Below are positions 9,810 through 18,437 of a stretch of DNA of 57,244 nt, piece after piece. The stretch comes from a candidate division WOR-3 bacterium. GTDB taxonomy: Bacteria; Hydrothermota; Tepidihabitantia; Tepidihabitantales; Tepidihabitantaceae. The translations under genes and the position numbers were made by a program. Position 1 is the first letter of the stretch. Every line of letters begins with the position of its first letter. The stretch spans positions 1 through 57,244 of the forward strand of contig JBDRUH010000003.1 in NCBI GenBank assembly GCA_039801225.1, read 5' to 3'. The notes under the pieces were generated by a model. It was not told the origin of the DNA and searched no databases. It saw only the letters and a program-made list of their open reading frames with translations.

Positions 9810-10757
9810 ATGAGTAAAAGTGACATAGTCAGAAGGCTCAGGAAACGCAAAATCGGCGTCTTAATGGGAGGATGGTCGAGCGAACGGGAGGTATCACTGC
9901 TTTCCGGACAGCGGGTACTGGAATCAATGAAACGCCAAGGATTTCAAGCAGTAGGAATTGATATCAATCGCAGTTTTGTCGACCAAATTCGCCAGGCGAA
10001 GATTGATATGGCATTTATCATCCTTCACGGAAGACCGGGAGAGGACGGAACGATGCAGGGCTTTTTAGAACTTTTGGGAATTCCTTATACCGGTTCTGGA
10101 GTAACCGCCTCAGCAATCTGCATTGATAAGATTTTTACCAAAATGATTTTAAGACAGTTGGGCATTCCTACGCCAGATTTTATTACTGTGAGTAGCGAGG
10201 AGGATGTCACAGAAGGACTTGCCGAAGCAGAGAAGCAGTTCGGCTATCCCTTAATTGTTAAGCCGCGTTGCGAAGGTTCCAGTGTCGGAATTGAACTCTT
10301 AGAGGGAAGAAGGGGGGCGTTAGAGCGGTGTGAAAGAGTTTGGCGGGGTTTTGGTGATATTTTAATTGAACCTTTTATTGAAGGTATGATCGCGACCGTC
10401 GGAATTGTTGGCCAGGATGTTCTGCCAATATTAGAACTCTTGCCCAGGAGCCAGCGTTTTTACTCTTACGAGGCAAAATATACCCGGGGCGAAACCGATT
10501 TTATCATCCCGGCGCGACTGACCCCCAGGGTTGAAAGTAAAATCAAAGAACTGGCAATGAAGGCGCACCAGGGATTAGGGTGCAAAGGATTCTCCCGAAT
10601 TGACCTGATTGTCAAAGATGGCACTAAACCTTATTTCTTGGAGGTCAACACCCTGCCCGGACTCACTGACATTTCCGACCTGCCGGCACAGGCAGAATAC
10701 GCCGGAATCTCTTACGATGAACTAATCTTCAGAATCCTGGCTGATGCCCTGATATAA
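9810..10757 (+). CDS. ddl: D-alanine--D-alanine ligase
   Basis: GG.SSEREVS, LHG.PGEDG, PYTGS, EGSSVG, YEAKY and LEVNTLPG motifs. Confidence 0.96.
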   Translation: MSKSDIVRRLRKRKIGVLMGGWSSEREVSLLSGQRVLESMKRQGFQAVGIDINRSFVDQIRQAKIDMAFIILHGRPGEDGTMQGFLELLGIPYTGSGVTASAICIDKIFTKMILRQLGIPTPDFITVSSEEDVTEGLAEAEKQFGYPLIVKPRCEGSSVGIELLEGRRGALERCERVWRGFGDILIEPFIEGMIATVGIVGQDVLPILELLPRSQRFYSYEAKYTRGETDFIIPARLTPRVESKIKELAMKAHQGLGCKGFSRIDLIVKDGTKPYFLEVNTLPGLTDISDLPAQAEYAGISYDELIFRILADALI

Positions 10758-10774
10758 CCCTCAGCCGCCAAAAC

Positions 10775-10802
10775 TTGACATTACTCACCTTTCGGATAAA
10801 AT
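10775..10802 (+). promoter_or_regulatory. Sigma70 promoter TTGACA-16-TAAAAT, 6 nt before the divIVA ATG (leaderless)
   Basis: Read directly from sequence. Confidence 0.7.
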
Positions 10803-10808
10803 AAAACG

Positions 10809-11294
10809 ATGGCTCTGACACCGTTAGAAATACGGAAAAAGGCTTTTGCTCTTGTATTACGCGGCTATTCTCCTAAAGAGGTGCGGGCGTTTTTAGCCGC
10901 GGTCGCCAATGAATTTGAAGAACTGCGTAAGGAAAGGGCGCAACTGGCCGAAAAAGTTGACGAACTCGGAACTCGCCTCGCTGGCTATGAAAAAACCGAA
11001 GGCATTTTAAAAGAAACTTTACTCACCGCTCAAAAGACAATTGAGGAACTCCGCACCGCCGCCCAAAAGGAGTGTGAGGCGCTTATCCAGTCCGCAAAAC
11101 AGGAGGCAGAGCGTCTGAAAAACGATATGGTGGAACTGCGTCAGCGTCGTGCCCTCATATTAGATGAAATTCGTGGTATTGCCAACACCTATCTGGCAAT
11201 TGTGGAAAGATTTGAAAGAGAGTCCAAACCCCAAAGCCAGAATGACGCCGCTAAAACAGAAGATTCAGGAAAGCGTCCAGGCGATAAGAAATAG
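10809..11294 (+). CDS. divIVA: DivIVA domain protein
   Basis: LTPLEIRKKAF...RGY...EV..FL N-terminal motif, coiled coil, ETLLTAQK. Confidence 0.88.
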   Translation: MALTPLEIRKKAFALVLRGYSPKEVRAFLAAVANEFEELRKERAQLAEKVDELGTRLAGYEKTEGILKETLLTAQKTIEELRTAAQKECEALIQSAKQEAERLKNDMVELRQRRALILDEIRGIANTYLAIVERFERESKPQSQNDAAKTEDSGKRPGDKK

Positions 11295-12063
11295 AACCGG
11301 TTTCAAACCCGAGATTGGCATCATCCTCGGCACCGGCCTGGGAAGAATAGCCGACAATGTCCAAACTGAGGTTACTATCCCCTACTCCACCATTCCACAC
11401 TTTCCCACCCCAACCGTGGAAAGTCATAGTGGTAGACTCATTCTTGGTATCTTAAGTGAACGACCGGTGGTAATAATGCAGGGCAGGTTTCACTATTACG
11501 AGGGCTATGACCTTCAAGAGGTTACCCACCCGGTCCGGGTAATGAAAGATTTAGGGATTCACACCCTGATACTCTCTAATGCTAGTGGCGGGCTAAACCA
11601 GCTATACCGCCTGGGCGACATCGCCGTAATCACCGACCATATCAATATCACCGGGCATAACCCATTACGAGGACCTAATGATGACACCCTCGGTCCAAGA
11701 TTCCCTGATATGTTTCAATGCTATGACCCCAAATTAATTAAAATTGCCGAAGACGTTGCTATTGAAATTGGTATCACCCTTCGGCAGGGGGTATATGCCT
11801 GGGTAACCGGTCCTAGCCTGGAAACTGCCGCTGAATATCGCTACTTAAGAATAATCGGTGCCGACCTGGTGGGTATGTCAACTGTGCCCGAAACAATTGT
11901 TGCCCGCCATGCCGGTTTACGGGTATTAGCCTTTTCTATAATAACCGATATGGGCACTCCTGAAGATTTAAAACCGCTTGACCTCGCAACTATCCTCCGG
12001 GTCGCCAATGAAGCCCAGCCAAAACTTGCTACATTGATAAGTGAAATAATTAGGCGCATTTGA
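11242..12063 (+). CDS. punA: Purine nucleoside phosphorylase I (trimeric family); likely start ATG 11242
   Basis: IILGTGLG, QGRFHYYEGY, GPRFPDM, GP..ET.AE and GMSTVPE motifs. Confidence 0.93.
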   Translation: MTPLKQKIQESVQAIRNRTGFKPEIGIILGTGLGRIADNVQTEVTIPYSTIPHFPTPTVESHSGRLILGILSERPVVIMQGRFHYYEGYDLQEVTHPVRVMKDLGIHTLILSNASGGLNQLYRLGDIAVITDHINITGHNPLRGPNDDTLGPRFPDMFQCYDPKLIKIAEDVAIEIGITLRQGVYAWVTGPSLETAAEYRYLRIIGADLVGMSTVPETIVARHAGLRVLAFSIITDMGTPEDLKPLDLATILRVANEAQPKLATLISEIIRRI

Positions 12064-12887
12064 AGCTCACTATCCCTCATCCGCAGGCAAATAGTATGAA
12101 AAAGTCAAATCGCCTGTCGGCTGTCAGCTGTGGGCTGTGGGCTGTTTTGGCTTTTGGCTTTTGGCTTCTACCCAATTGGGGATGTTCACCAAAGGAGAAA
12201 ACGATAAAACCCCTATCGGGTGCCGGGAATGTCCAAGAGGCTTTTGACCAGGCGCTGGAAGACAAAATGGCAAAAAGATTCCCTAAAGCGATAGATGGTT
12301 TTACCTATATCATTTTTAACTTTCCCGGTACCATCTTGGCGGGTGATGCCCAGTTTCAACTGGCAGACTGCTATTTTGAAAAAAGGGACTACGAACAGGC
12401 ACAGACCGAATTTGACTTCTATCTTAAGAACTTTCCCAATGGGCGCTATCAGGAGGAGGCTTCTTTCAAACTGGCGCTCGCCACTTTCCGCTCCGCCCCA
12501 GGACCTCAGAAGGACCAGACCAAGGTTCTATTGGCAAAGGAACTTTTGGAAAATTTTTTGCGAGATTATCCTCTCTCTCACTTCCGCTCCCAGGCAGAAG
12601 AAGTTTTAGCAAAAATTGAATTTAGACTTGCTCGGCGAGAATTTGAGGCGGCGCGGCTCTACTTCCGAGCCGGCGAACTCAAGTCCGCTTTGGTCTATTA
12701 TGAGTTTATCAAAAAAAAATACCCGGATATCAACTGGTTGGAAATAGACCGATTTCGCCTGGCGGTATGTTACGCTGAAACAGGTCAAAAAGAAAAGGCG
12801 CGCCCGCTATTTGAAGAAATTGTTAACAACACCTCTTCTCCCCGTCTCAAACAAACTGCCCAGCGCTATCTTGCCCAGTTTCCCTAA
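12060..12887 (+). CDS. bamD: Outer membrane protein assembly factor BamD-like lipoprotein (start TTG 12060 or ATG 12096)
   Basis: Lipobox-like WGC, TPRs, DQT motif, LA.REF.AA.LY, following the BamD pattern. Confidence 0.8.
   Translation: MKLTIPHPQANSMKKSNRLSAVSCGLWAVLAFGFWLLPNWGCSPKEKTIKPLSGAGNVQEAFDQALEDKMAKRFPKAIDGFTYIIFNFPGTILAGDAQFQLADCYFEKRDYEQAQTEFDFYLKNFPNGRYQEEASFKLALATFRSAPGPQKDQTKVLLAKELLENFLRDYPLSHFRSQAEEVLAKIEFRLARREFEAARLYFRAGELKSALVYYEFIKKKYPDINWLEIDRFRLAVCYAETGQKEKARPLFEEIVNNTSSPRLKQTAQRYLAQFP
12114..12167 (+). repeat. In-frame heptamer tract (ctgtcgg/ctgtggg then cttttgg) forming the BamD signal-peptide h-region
   Basis: ctgtcgg ctgtcag ctgtggg ctgtggg ct gttttgg cttttgg cttttgg ctt. 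Confidence 0.85.
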
Positions 12888-12908
12888 AACCTTATTATTA
12901 TATTATAA

Positions 12909-13505
12909 ATGCGTCTCGGTATATTAGGCGGATGTTTTGACCCAATCCACATCGGTCACATCCTGGTCGCCCAGGATGTCCTGTTTAAATTGAAACTAAG
13001 TCGAATTATTTTCGTTCCCTCTTTTTCTCCACCCCATCGCCCACCACCGATTACCCCCTATCACCATCGCGTCAAAATGGTACAACTGGCAATCAAATAC
13101 AACCCCCGATTCAAACTCTCTCAAATAGAGAAAGACCGCACCGGACCTTCTTACACAGTAGACACATTACGACAGTTCCGCCGAGTACTCCCGAAAGCAT
13201 ACCTTTATTTCATACTCGGTTATGACCAGTACCGCACTGTAGAAAGTTGGCACAACCCCGAAGAACTCACCCAACTGGCAAAAATAGTTGTTATCAGCCG
13301 ACCGAAAATATCTCGTCCGCGACTTTTCCCGGAACACGAGTCCCGCCGGGTAATATTTCTTGATGTAATACCGGTGGCAGTTTCTGCTCAGCTAATAAGA
13401 GAAAGGCTTGCCAAAGACAAATCAATTCGCTATCTTGTTACTACTAAAGTGGCAGAATACATCTATCGCCACCGCCTTTATAGAGTTAATAGAGATAAAA
13501 ACTAA
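12909..13505 (+). CDS. nadD: Nicotinate-nucleotide adenylyltransferase
   Basis: GG.FDPIHIGH, PPH, SYTVDTL, W...EEL and S...IRE motifs. Confidence 0.95.
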   Translation: MRLGILGGCFDPIHIGHILVAQDVLFKLKLSRIIFVPSFSPPHRPPPITPYHHRVKMVQLAIKYNPRFKLSQIEKDRTGPSYTVDTLRQFRRVLPKAYLYFILGYDQYRTVESWHNPEELTQLAKIVVISRPKISRPRLFPEHESRRVIFLDVIPVAVSAQLIRERLAKDKSIRYLVTTKVAEYIYRHRLYRVNRDKN

Positions 13506-13522
13506 ACTAAAAAGGAGGTCAG

Positions 13523-13837
13523 GTGTTTGAAGTTGCATTTGCCCAGAATCAGCCAGGAACCCAGCCCACTGGCGGACTCGGATTCTTAGGAAGCATTCTT
13601 CCTTTATTGTTAATATTTGTTGTCCTGTACTTTCTTATCATCCTTCCTCAGCAGCGCCGGCAAAAAAAACATCGCGAGATGCTCACCAGTTTGAAAAATG
13701 GCGACCGGGTCGTTTTTGCCTCAGGGATTCTGGGAACAATAACTAAAGTAAAGGACAACACTTTTATGGTGAAAATCGCCGAAGGGACTGAAATTGAAGT
13801 AGAAAAGGGTGCGATCGCCTACAAACTCGGCTCATAA
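13523..13837 (+). CDS. yajC: Preprotein translocase subunit YajC
   Basis: YFLII.PQQRRQK and L..GDRV...SGI.G motifs; AGGAGG SD. Confidence 0.95.
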   Translation: MFEVAFAQNQPGTQPTGGLGFLGSILPLLLIFVVLYFLIILPQQRRQKKHREMLTSLKNGDRVVFASGILGTITKVKDNTFMVKIAEGTEIEVEKGAIAYKLGS

Positions 13838-13849
13838 CGCGGAGAGCTG

Positions 13850-14398
13850 ATGGATACTCCGCAATGGGGAACTATCGGTCAGGTCCGGCGAATAGTTCTT
13901 TATGGCAATCCGATTCTTCGTTTTCCTGCTCAACAAGTAGAAAAAATCACCCCAGAACTTCTTCAGATTATGGCCGACCTTTTGACCACAATGAAAAAGA
14001 AAGATGGCGTAGGACTCGCTGCCAATCAAATTGGTGAACGGGTAGCAGTCATTGCAATCAATCCCCAATCCTGTGATTTGGACTCCCCCCCGACCTGCAT
14101 TATTAACCCAAAAGTCCTTATTACTGAAGGTGTAATTGAAGCGGAAGAAGGTTGCCTTTCCTTTCCTGATATCTATGAGATTGTTCCCAGACCGGAGATG
14201 GTAAAAGTCCAGGGAATTAGCCCGGAAGGAAAAGAACTAAGCATAGAAGCAACTAAACTATTGGCTCGGGCACTACTCCACGAAATAGAACATCTTCAGG
14301 GAGTTCTCTTTATTGACCATCTGAGTGAACTGCGTCGGCGCCTGCTCGCCTCTCGGTTGAAAGAAATTGAAGCGAGGGAAAAAGGGGAATGCGAATAG
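13850..14398 (+). CDS. def: Peptide deformylase
   Basis: GVGLAANQIG, EGCLS and HEIEHLQG motifs. Confidence 0.95.
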   Translation: MDTPQWGTIGQVRRIVLYGNPILRFPAQQVEKITPELLQIMADLLTTMKKKDGVGLAANQIGERVAVIAINPQSCDLDSPPTCIINPKVLITEGVIEAEEGCLSFPDIYEIVPRPEMVKVQGISPEGKELSIEATKLLARALLHEIEHLQGVLFIDHLSELRRRLLASRLKEIEAREKGECE

Positions 14399-15327
14399 CC
14401 TTTTTCGGCACCGGCGATTTTGCCATTCCCAGCCTCAAACTGTTAAATGGAAAAAATGACATTATCGCCGTGGTAACCACCCCGCCCCGCCCCCAAGGAC
14501 GGGGCAAAAAAATCCTCCCGAGCCCAGTAGAAAAAACCGCTCGAGAACTTAACCTTAAAATCCTCACACCAGAAAACCCAAACTCTGAATCTTTTGTTAA
14601 AATATTTCGCAATTTTTCACCGGAGTGTGGTGTAGTGGTTGACTATGGGTTCATTCTTAAAGAGCCCCTTTTGAAAATTCCCCGTTATGGGTTTATCAAC
14701 CTTCATCCCTCACTTTTACCCCGTTATCGGGGACCAGCACCAATTCAACGCCAACTGATTGATGGCTGCACTGAAACTGGTGTAACTGTAATTGCAATGT
14801 CTCTTGAGGTTGATTCAGGCGACATTCTAAATCAATTGCGGGTTCCAATTGAACCCGAGGAAACGGCTGGAGAACTGGCACTAAAATTGGCTAAATTAGG
14901 TGCTGAGTTGGTCCAAACCACCATTACTCAAATTGAGCAAGGCTCGCTCAGTCGCTCACCTCAAGACCACTCTCGGGCAACAAAAGCGCCGAAAATCACT
15001 CCCCAAGACCGGCTAATTGACTGGCACAATTCCGCAAGAGAAATTCATAACCGCATCCGCGCCTTGTCTCCTCTGCCGGCCGCTTGGACAACATTCCGAG
15101 AGAAACGCATCCTTCTCCTCCGCTCAAAGATAATTTCTGATATAGAGCAACCCAAAACCCAAAACCCACCAGGCACTGTCCTTATTAACCTCCCCGGAGT
15201 TATTGTCGTTACCGGTAATGGATTCTTAGAACTGGTGCAATTAAAACCGGCTGGAGGTAAGGTGATTACCGGCAAAGAGTTCCGAAACGGATTCCGGCTA
15301 ATATCAGGAGAAAGATTTGACGGGTAA
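14389..15327 (+). CDS. fmt: Methionyl-tRNA formyltransferase
   Basis: FFGT..FA, GRG, INLHPSLLPRYRG.API motifs; contains heptamer aacccaa x3 at 15149-15169. Confidence 0.96.
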   Translation: MRIAFFGTGDFAIPSLKLLNGKNDIIAVVTTPPRPQGRGKKILPSPVEKTARELNLKILTPENPNSESFVKIFRNFSPECGVVVDYGFILKEPLLKIPRYGFINLHPSLLPRYRGPAPIQRQLIDGCTETGVTVIAMSLEVDSGDILNQLRVPIEPEETAGELALKLAKLGAELVQTTITQIEQGSLSRSPQDHSRATKAPKITPQDRLIDWHNSAREIHNRIRALSPLPAAWTTFREKRILLLRSKIISDIEQPKTQNPPGTVLINLPGVIVVTGNGFLELVQLKPAGGKVITGKEFRNGFRLISGERFDG

Positions 15328-15336
15328 GAGGACAGT

Positions 15337-16077
15337 ATGAAAAAGAGTAACCAGCCATTAACAGTATTTCTTTGGCTTCTAATATTCATTACCATTTTTG
15401 TCCTCATTATCCTATTTAACAACTTATTAATGCCCTTTATCACCCGAAAAGGACAGGAGGTTGTTCTTCCAAAACTTACCGGAATGACCCAAAAGGAGGC
15501 AGAGAGCACCTTGCACCGTTTAGGGTTAAAGATTGGTGAAGTTAGGCTGGTGCCCAATTCGGAAATTCCTCCAGAGCGAGTAGTTACTCAATATCCCCGT
15601 TTCGGGCGACGGGTGAAACGAGGAAGAGAGATAGACCTTGATATAAGTCTTGGCTCTCCTAAAATAAAAATTCCCGACTTAATAGGACTTCCTCTGAGCA
15701 ATGCCCTCGCCACCTTAGAACAATCAGGATTTGTTGTTACACAAATTGAATCGGTCCGCACGCCAAGGATCCCCGCAGGAAGGGTCGCCTCCCTATGGCC
15801 TCCTCCAGGTACCGAAGTTCGCAAAGGATGTGAAATTAAAATCTCGGTATCAACTAAAGTCGGAACATTTCCAATGCCCAACCTGGTTGGTTTGAATATT
15901 GAGACCGCCCGTGGTGTTATTATCTCTTATGGTTTAAATCTCGGACAGGTCAAATTAGGTGCAAGTTCTGAGCCTGCCGGAACCGTCCTATTCCAATACC
16001 CGGAAGAAGGTATGACGGTCGGTCCAGGAGACTCGGTAAGTTTAATAGTTGCTCAAAAGAGTGATTCTGTTCACTGA
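15337..16077 (+). CDS. Membrane-anchored protein with three PASTA domains
   Basis: N-terminal TM followed by three P.L.G...A...L...GL...Q.P..G repeats. Confidence 0.88.
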   Translation: MKKSNQPLTVFLWLLIFITIFVLIILFNNLLMPFITRKGQEVVLPKLTGMTQKEAESTLHRLGLKIGEVRLVPNSEIPPERVVTQYPRFGRRVKRGREIDLDISLGSPKIKIPDLIGLPLSNALATLEQSGFVVTQIESVRTPRIPAGRVASLWPPPGTEVRKGCEIKISVSTKVGTFPMPNLVGLNIETARGVIISYGLNLGQVKLGASSEPAGTVLFQYPEEGMTVGPGDSVSLIVAQKSDSVH

Positions 16078-16754
16078 TGGTTAAAATCTCCGCCTCTATC
16101 CTTGATTGTAACTTTCTCCATCTAAAAGAGGAACTCAAAGCGGTTCTTGAAGCCGGGGTTGATGCAATTCACTTAGATATTATGGATGGCCATTTCGTTC
16201 CCAACCTGAGTTTTGGTGTTCCAATCGCCCGGGCGGTGCATAAGTGGATTACTCAGCCGACAGCCGACACCCGACAGCCGACAGCCATCTATGCCCATCT
16301 GATGGTCATTAAACCGGAAATTTTTATTGACCGTTTTGCTCCCTATGCCGACTTCATCATCTTCCATATTGAAGCAACCGAAAAACCCGACGAGTGTTTC
16401 AATCAGATTCACGCCGCAGGGAAAAATGCCGGTATCTCCCTCAACCCGGATACACCGATTGAATCTTTAAAACCATTTCTCACTTCCGTTAAGGATGTCT
16501 TGATAATGAGCGTCTACCCTGGATTTGGCGGTCAGAAGTTCATCCCGGAAACAATTGAACGCATTCGTTTTCTTTACCACCTCCGACGAGAGATAAAAGG
16601 GAAATGGACCATTTCGGTTGATGGTGGAGTGAATCCGGACAACTGCCGCGACATAATCCAGTCCGGTGCTGATATCCTCATCGCCGGTAGTGCCATCTTT
16701 AAAAGTCCTGATTACCGGAAAACTGTTCGTCGGTTAAAATGTTTGACATCCTGA
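16077..16754 (+). CDS. rpe: Ribulose-phosphate 3-epimerase (with in-frame repeat insertion)
   Basis: HLDIMDGHFVPN, HLM, MSV.PGFGGQKF and VDGG motifs. Confidence 0.96.
   Translation: MVKISASILDCNFLHLKEELKAVLEAGVDAIHLDIMDGHFVPNLSFGVPIARAVHKWITQPTADTRQPTAIYAHLMVIKPEIFIDRFAPYADFIIFHIEATEKPDECFNQIHAAGKNAGISLNPDTPIESLKPFLTSVKDVLIMSVYPGFGGQKFIPETIERIRFLYHLRREIKGKWTISVDGGVNPDNCRDIIQSGADILIAGSAIFKSPDYRKTVRRLKCLTS
16254..16286 (+). repeat. In-frame heptamer cagccga x~5 (QPTADTRQPTA) in rpe
   Basis: cagccga cagccga cacccga cagccga cagcc. Confidence 0.9.
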
Positions 16755-18019
16755 CCCAGCGACTAACTGAACTTCAGCGCAAACTCCTTGGTAGAGGCAG
16801 ATTAGGTCCACAAGAAATATCCCGGGCGGTGGGTGAACTCCGCACCATACTATTAGATGCCGATGTGAACTACAAAGTTGTCGGACAGTTCGTTCGTTCG
16901 GTTGAGACCCGGCTTAAGGAAGAAAACTTAAGTGCCAGTCTGAAACCTGGCGACTTAATCACCTACACCATATATCAAGAACTGATCAATCTCCTTGGCA
17001 GCACCACCCCGAAATTGGAGTTAAAGTCTACACCCGCGGTCGTCAGCCTGGTTGGACTTCAGGGCACCGGTAAAACCACCCTGACTGGCAAACTCGCCTG
17101 GCGCTACCGCAACCGAAAACCGCTCCTTGTTGCTTGCGACCCAAAAAGACCGGCAGCATCCGAGCAACTCCAGGCGGTTGCTCACCGGGTTAATTGCGAC
17201 TTTCATCCAGTAGAAAAAGATGTGGTCTCCACCTGCCTTGCGGCAAAAAATAGGGCGCAAAAAAATGGCAACGGCATTATGATCTTAGACACCGCTGGTA
17301 GACTCCATATTGATGAAGAAATGATGGTGGAATTGAAGGCAATAGAAGATAAGGTCCAACCTCAAGTTACCATTCTCGTCCTTGATGGCATGGTCGGACA
17401 AGATGCGGTCAATCAGGCGCGAGAGTTTAAAGAGCGGTTGAACATTACCGGTTGTGTTTTCACAAAACTTGATGGTGACGCCCGTGGCGGTGCAGTCCTT
17501 TCTGTCCGCCAGGTTACCGGTCTGCCAGTTTACTTTATCTCCACCGGCGAGAAACTGGAAGACCTTGAAGAGTTCCACCCTGACCGCATCGCCTCAAGGA
17601 TATTAGGGTTGGGGGATATTAAAAGCCTCGCCGAAAAAGTTCAGGCGGTAACCGAAGAAAGGGACCAAAGGCAAATCGCAGAAAAATTTCTCAAAGGCAA
17701 ATTTGACTTAGAAGACTTTCTCCATCAATTGCGCACCGTAAAGAAAATGGGCTCCTTCTCCCGGCTACTTTCTATGATACCGGGCGCCGGCAATATCCAG
17801 GTGGATGAAAAAGAGTTTATTCGGGTTGAAGCGATAATCCAGTCAATGACAAAAGAAGAAAGACGCAACCCTGATATTATTGACGGTTCCCGGCGCCAGC
17901 GCATCGCTCAAGGCTCGGGGACAACCGTCACCGATGTCAACCGACTCCTTAAAGAGTTTGAGCAGGCACGCGCCCTTGCCCGCCAACTCTCCAGGGGCAA
18001 AAGAGCCCCTTTTCCTTAA
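16739..18019 (+). CDS. ffh: Signal recognition particle protein
   Basis: GLQGTGKTT, DTAGR, TKLDGDARGG, F.PDR.ASRILG and M-domain SRR.RIA.GSG motifs. Confidence 0.97.
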   Translation: MFDILTQRLTELQRKLLGRGRLGPQEISRAVGELRTILLDADVNYKVVGQFVRSVETRLKEENLSASLKPGDLITYTIYQELINLLGSTTPKLELKSTPAVVSLVGLQGTGKTTLTGKLAWRYRNRKPLLVACDPKRPAASEQLQAVAHRVNCDFHPVEKDVVSTCLAAKNRAQKNGNGIMILDTAGRLHIDEEMMVELKAIEDKVQPQVTILVLDGMVGQDAVNQAREFKERLNITGCVFTKLDGDARGGAVLSVRQVTGLPVYFISTGEKLEDLEEFHPDRIASRILGLGDIKSLAEKVQAVTEERDQRQIAEKFLKGKFDLEDFLHQLRTVKKMGSFSRLLSMIPGAGNIQVDEKEFIRVEAIIQSMTKEERRNPDIIDGSRRQRIAQGSGTTVTDVNRLLKEFEQARALARQLSRGKRAPFP

Positions 18020-18028
18020 GTAAAACAG

Positions 18029-18347
18029 TCGTCATTGCGAGCCCCTCGGCTCTGTCATTACAACCGAGCCAACGGCGAGTGGAAGAATTCCTTCGCTCGG
18101 GGCAGGCTTTACCCGAAGCAATCCCCCTATCTATGAGAAACTCTAAATCCGAAATCCTAAATTCTAAACAAGTTCAAAGCACAAATGTTATAAATCCAAA
18201 ATGTTTTGATAATTGGGATTTTGGTATTAGAAATTGTTTAGGATTTAGTGCTTTGAAAATTAGGATTTATTGGCGTCGACTCGGAGCAGGCTCCGCGAAG
18301 CAATCTCATTAATTGGGGGTTACTTCGGGTTTATGCCCTCGTAATAC
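18029..18347 (+). repeat. Composite nested palindromic repeat: gtcattgcg...gaagcaatctc (RPE/REP-like) containing copy 2 of the ~170-bp element (18121-18291)
   Basis: Modules shared with 5571-5739, 27117-27181, 31320-31470, 48537-48560 and 50104-50470. Confidence 0.9.
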
Positions 18348-18352
18348 CACAT

Positions 18353-18405
18353 CGGCTGTCGGCTGTCGCCCGGAATCGGGCGCCCGATTTGTGCGGCTGT
18401 CGGCC
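18353..18405 (+). repeat. 53-bp module: ggctgtc heptamers around the perfect 16-bp palindrome aatcgggcgcccgatt (18374-18389)
   Basis: 50/53 identical to 48569-48621. Confidence 0.92.
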
Positions 18406-18437
18406 AAAGGTCTGCGCCACAAACCCAGAACTAAGAA

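Noticed and set aside
18079..18312. 77-aa ORF resembling part of the TPR protein (also ORF 50098-50319)
   Set aside because: It is a read-through of the palindromic repeat; indels differ between copies and there is no SD.
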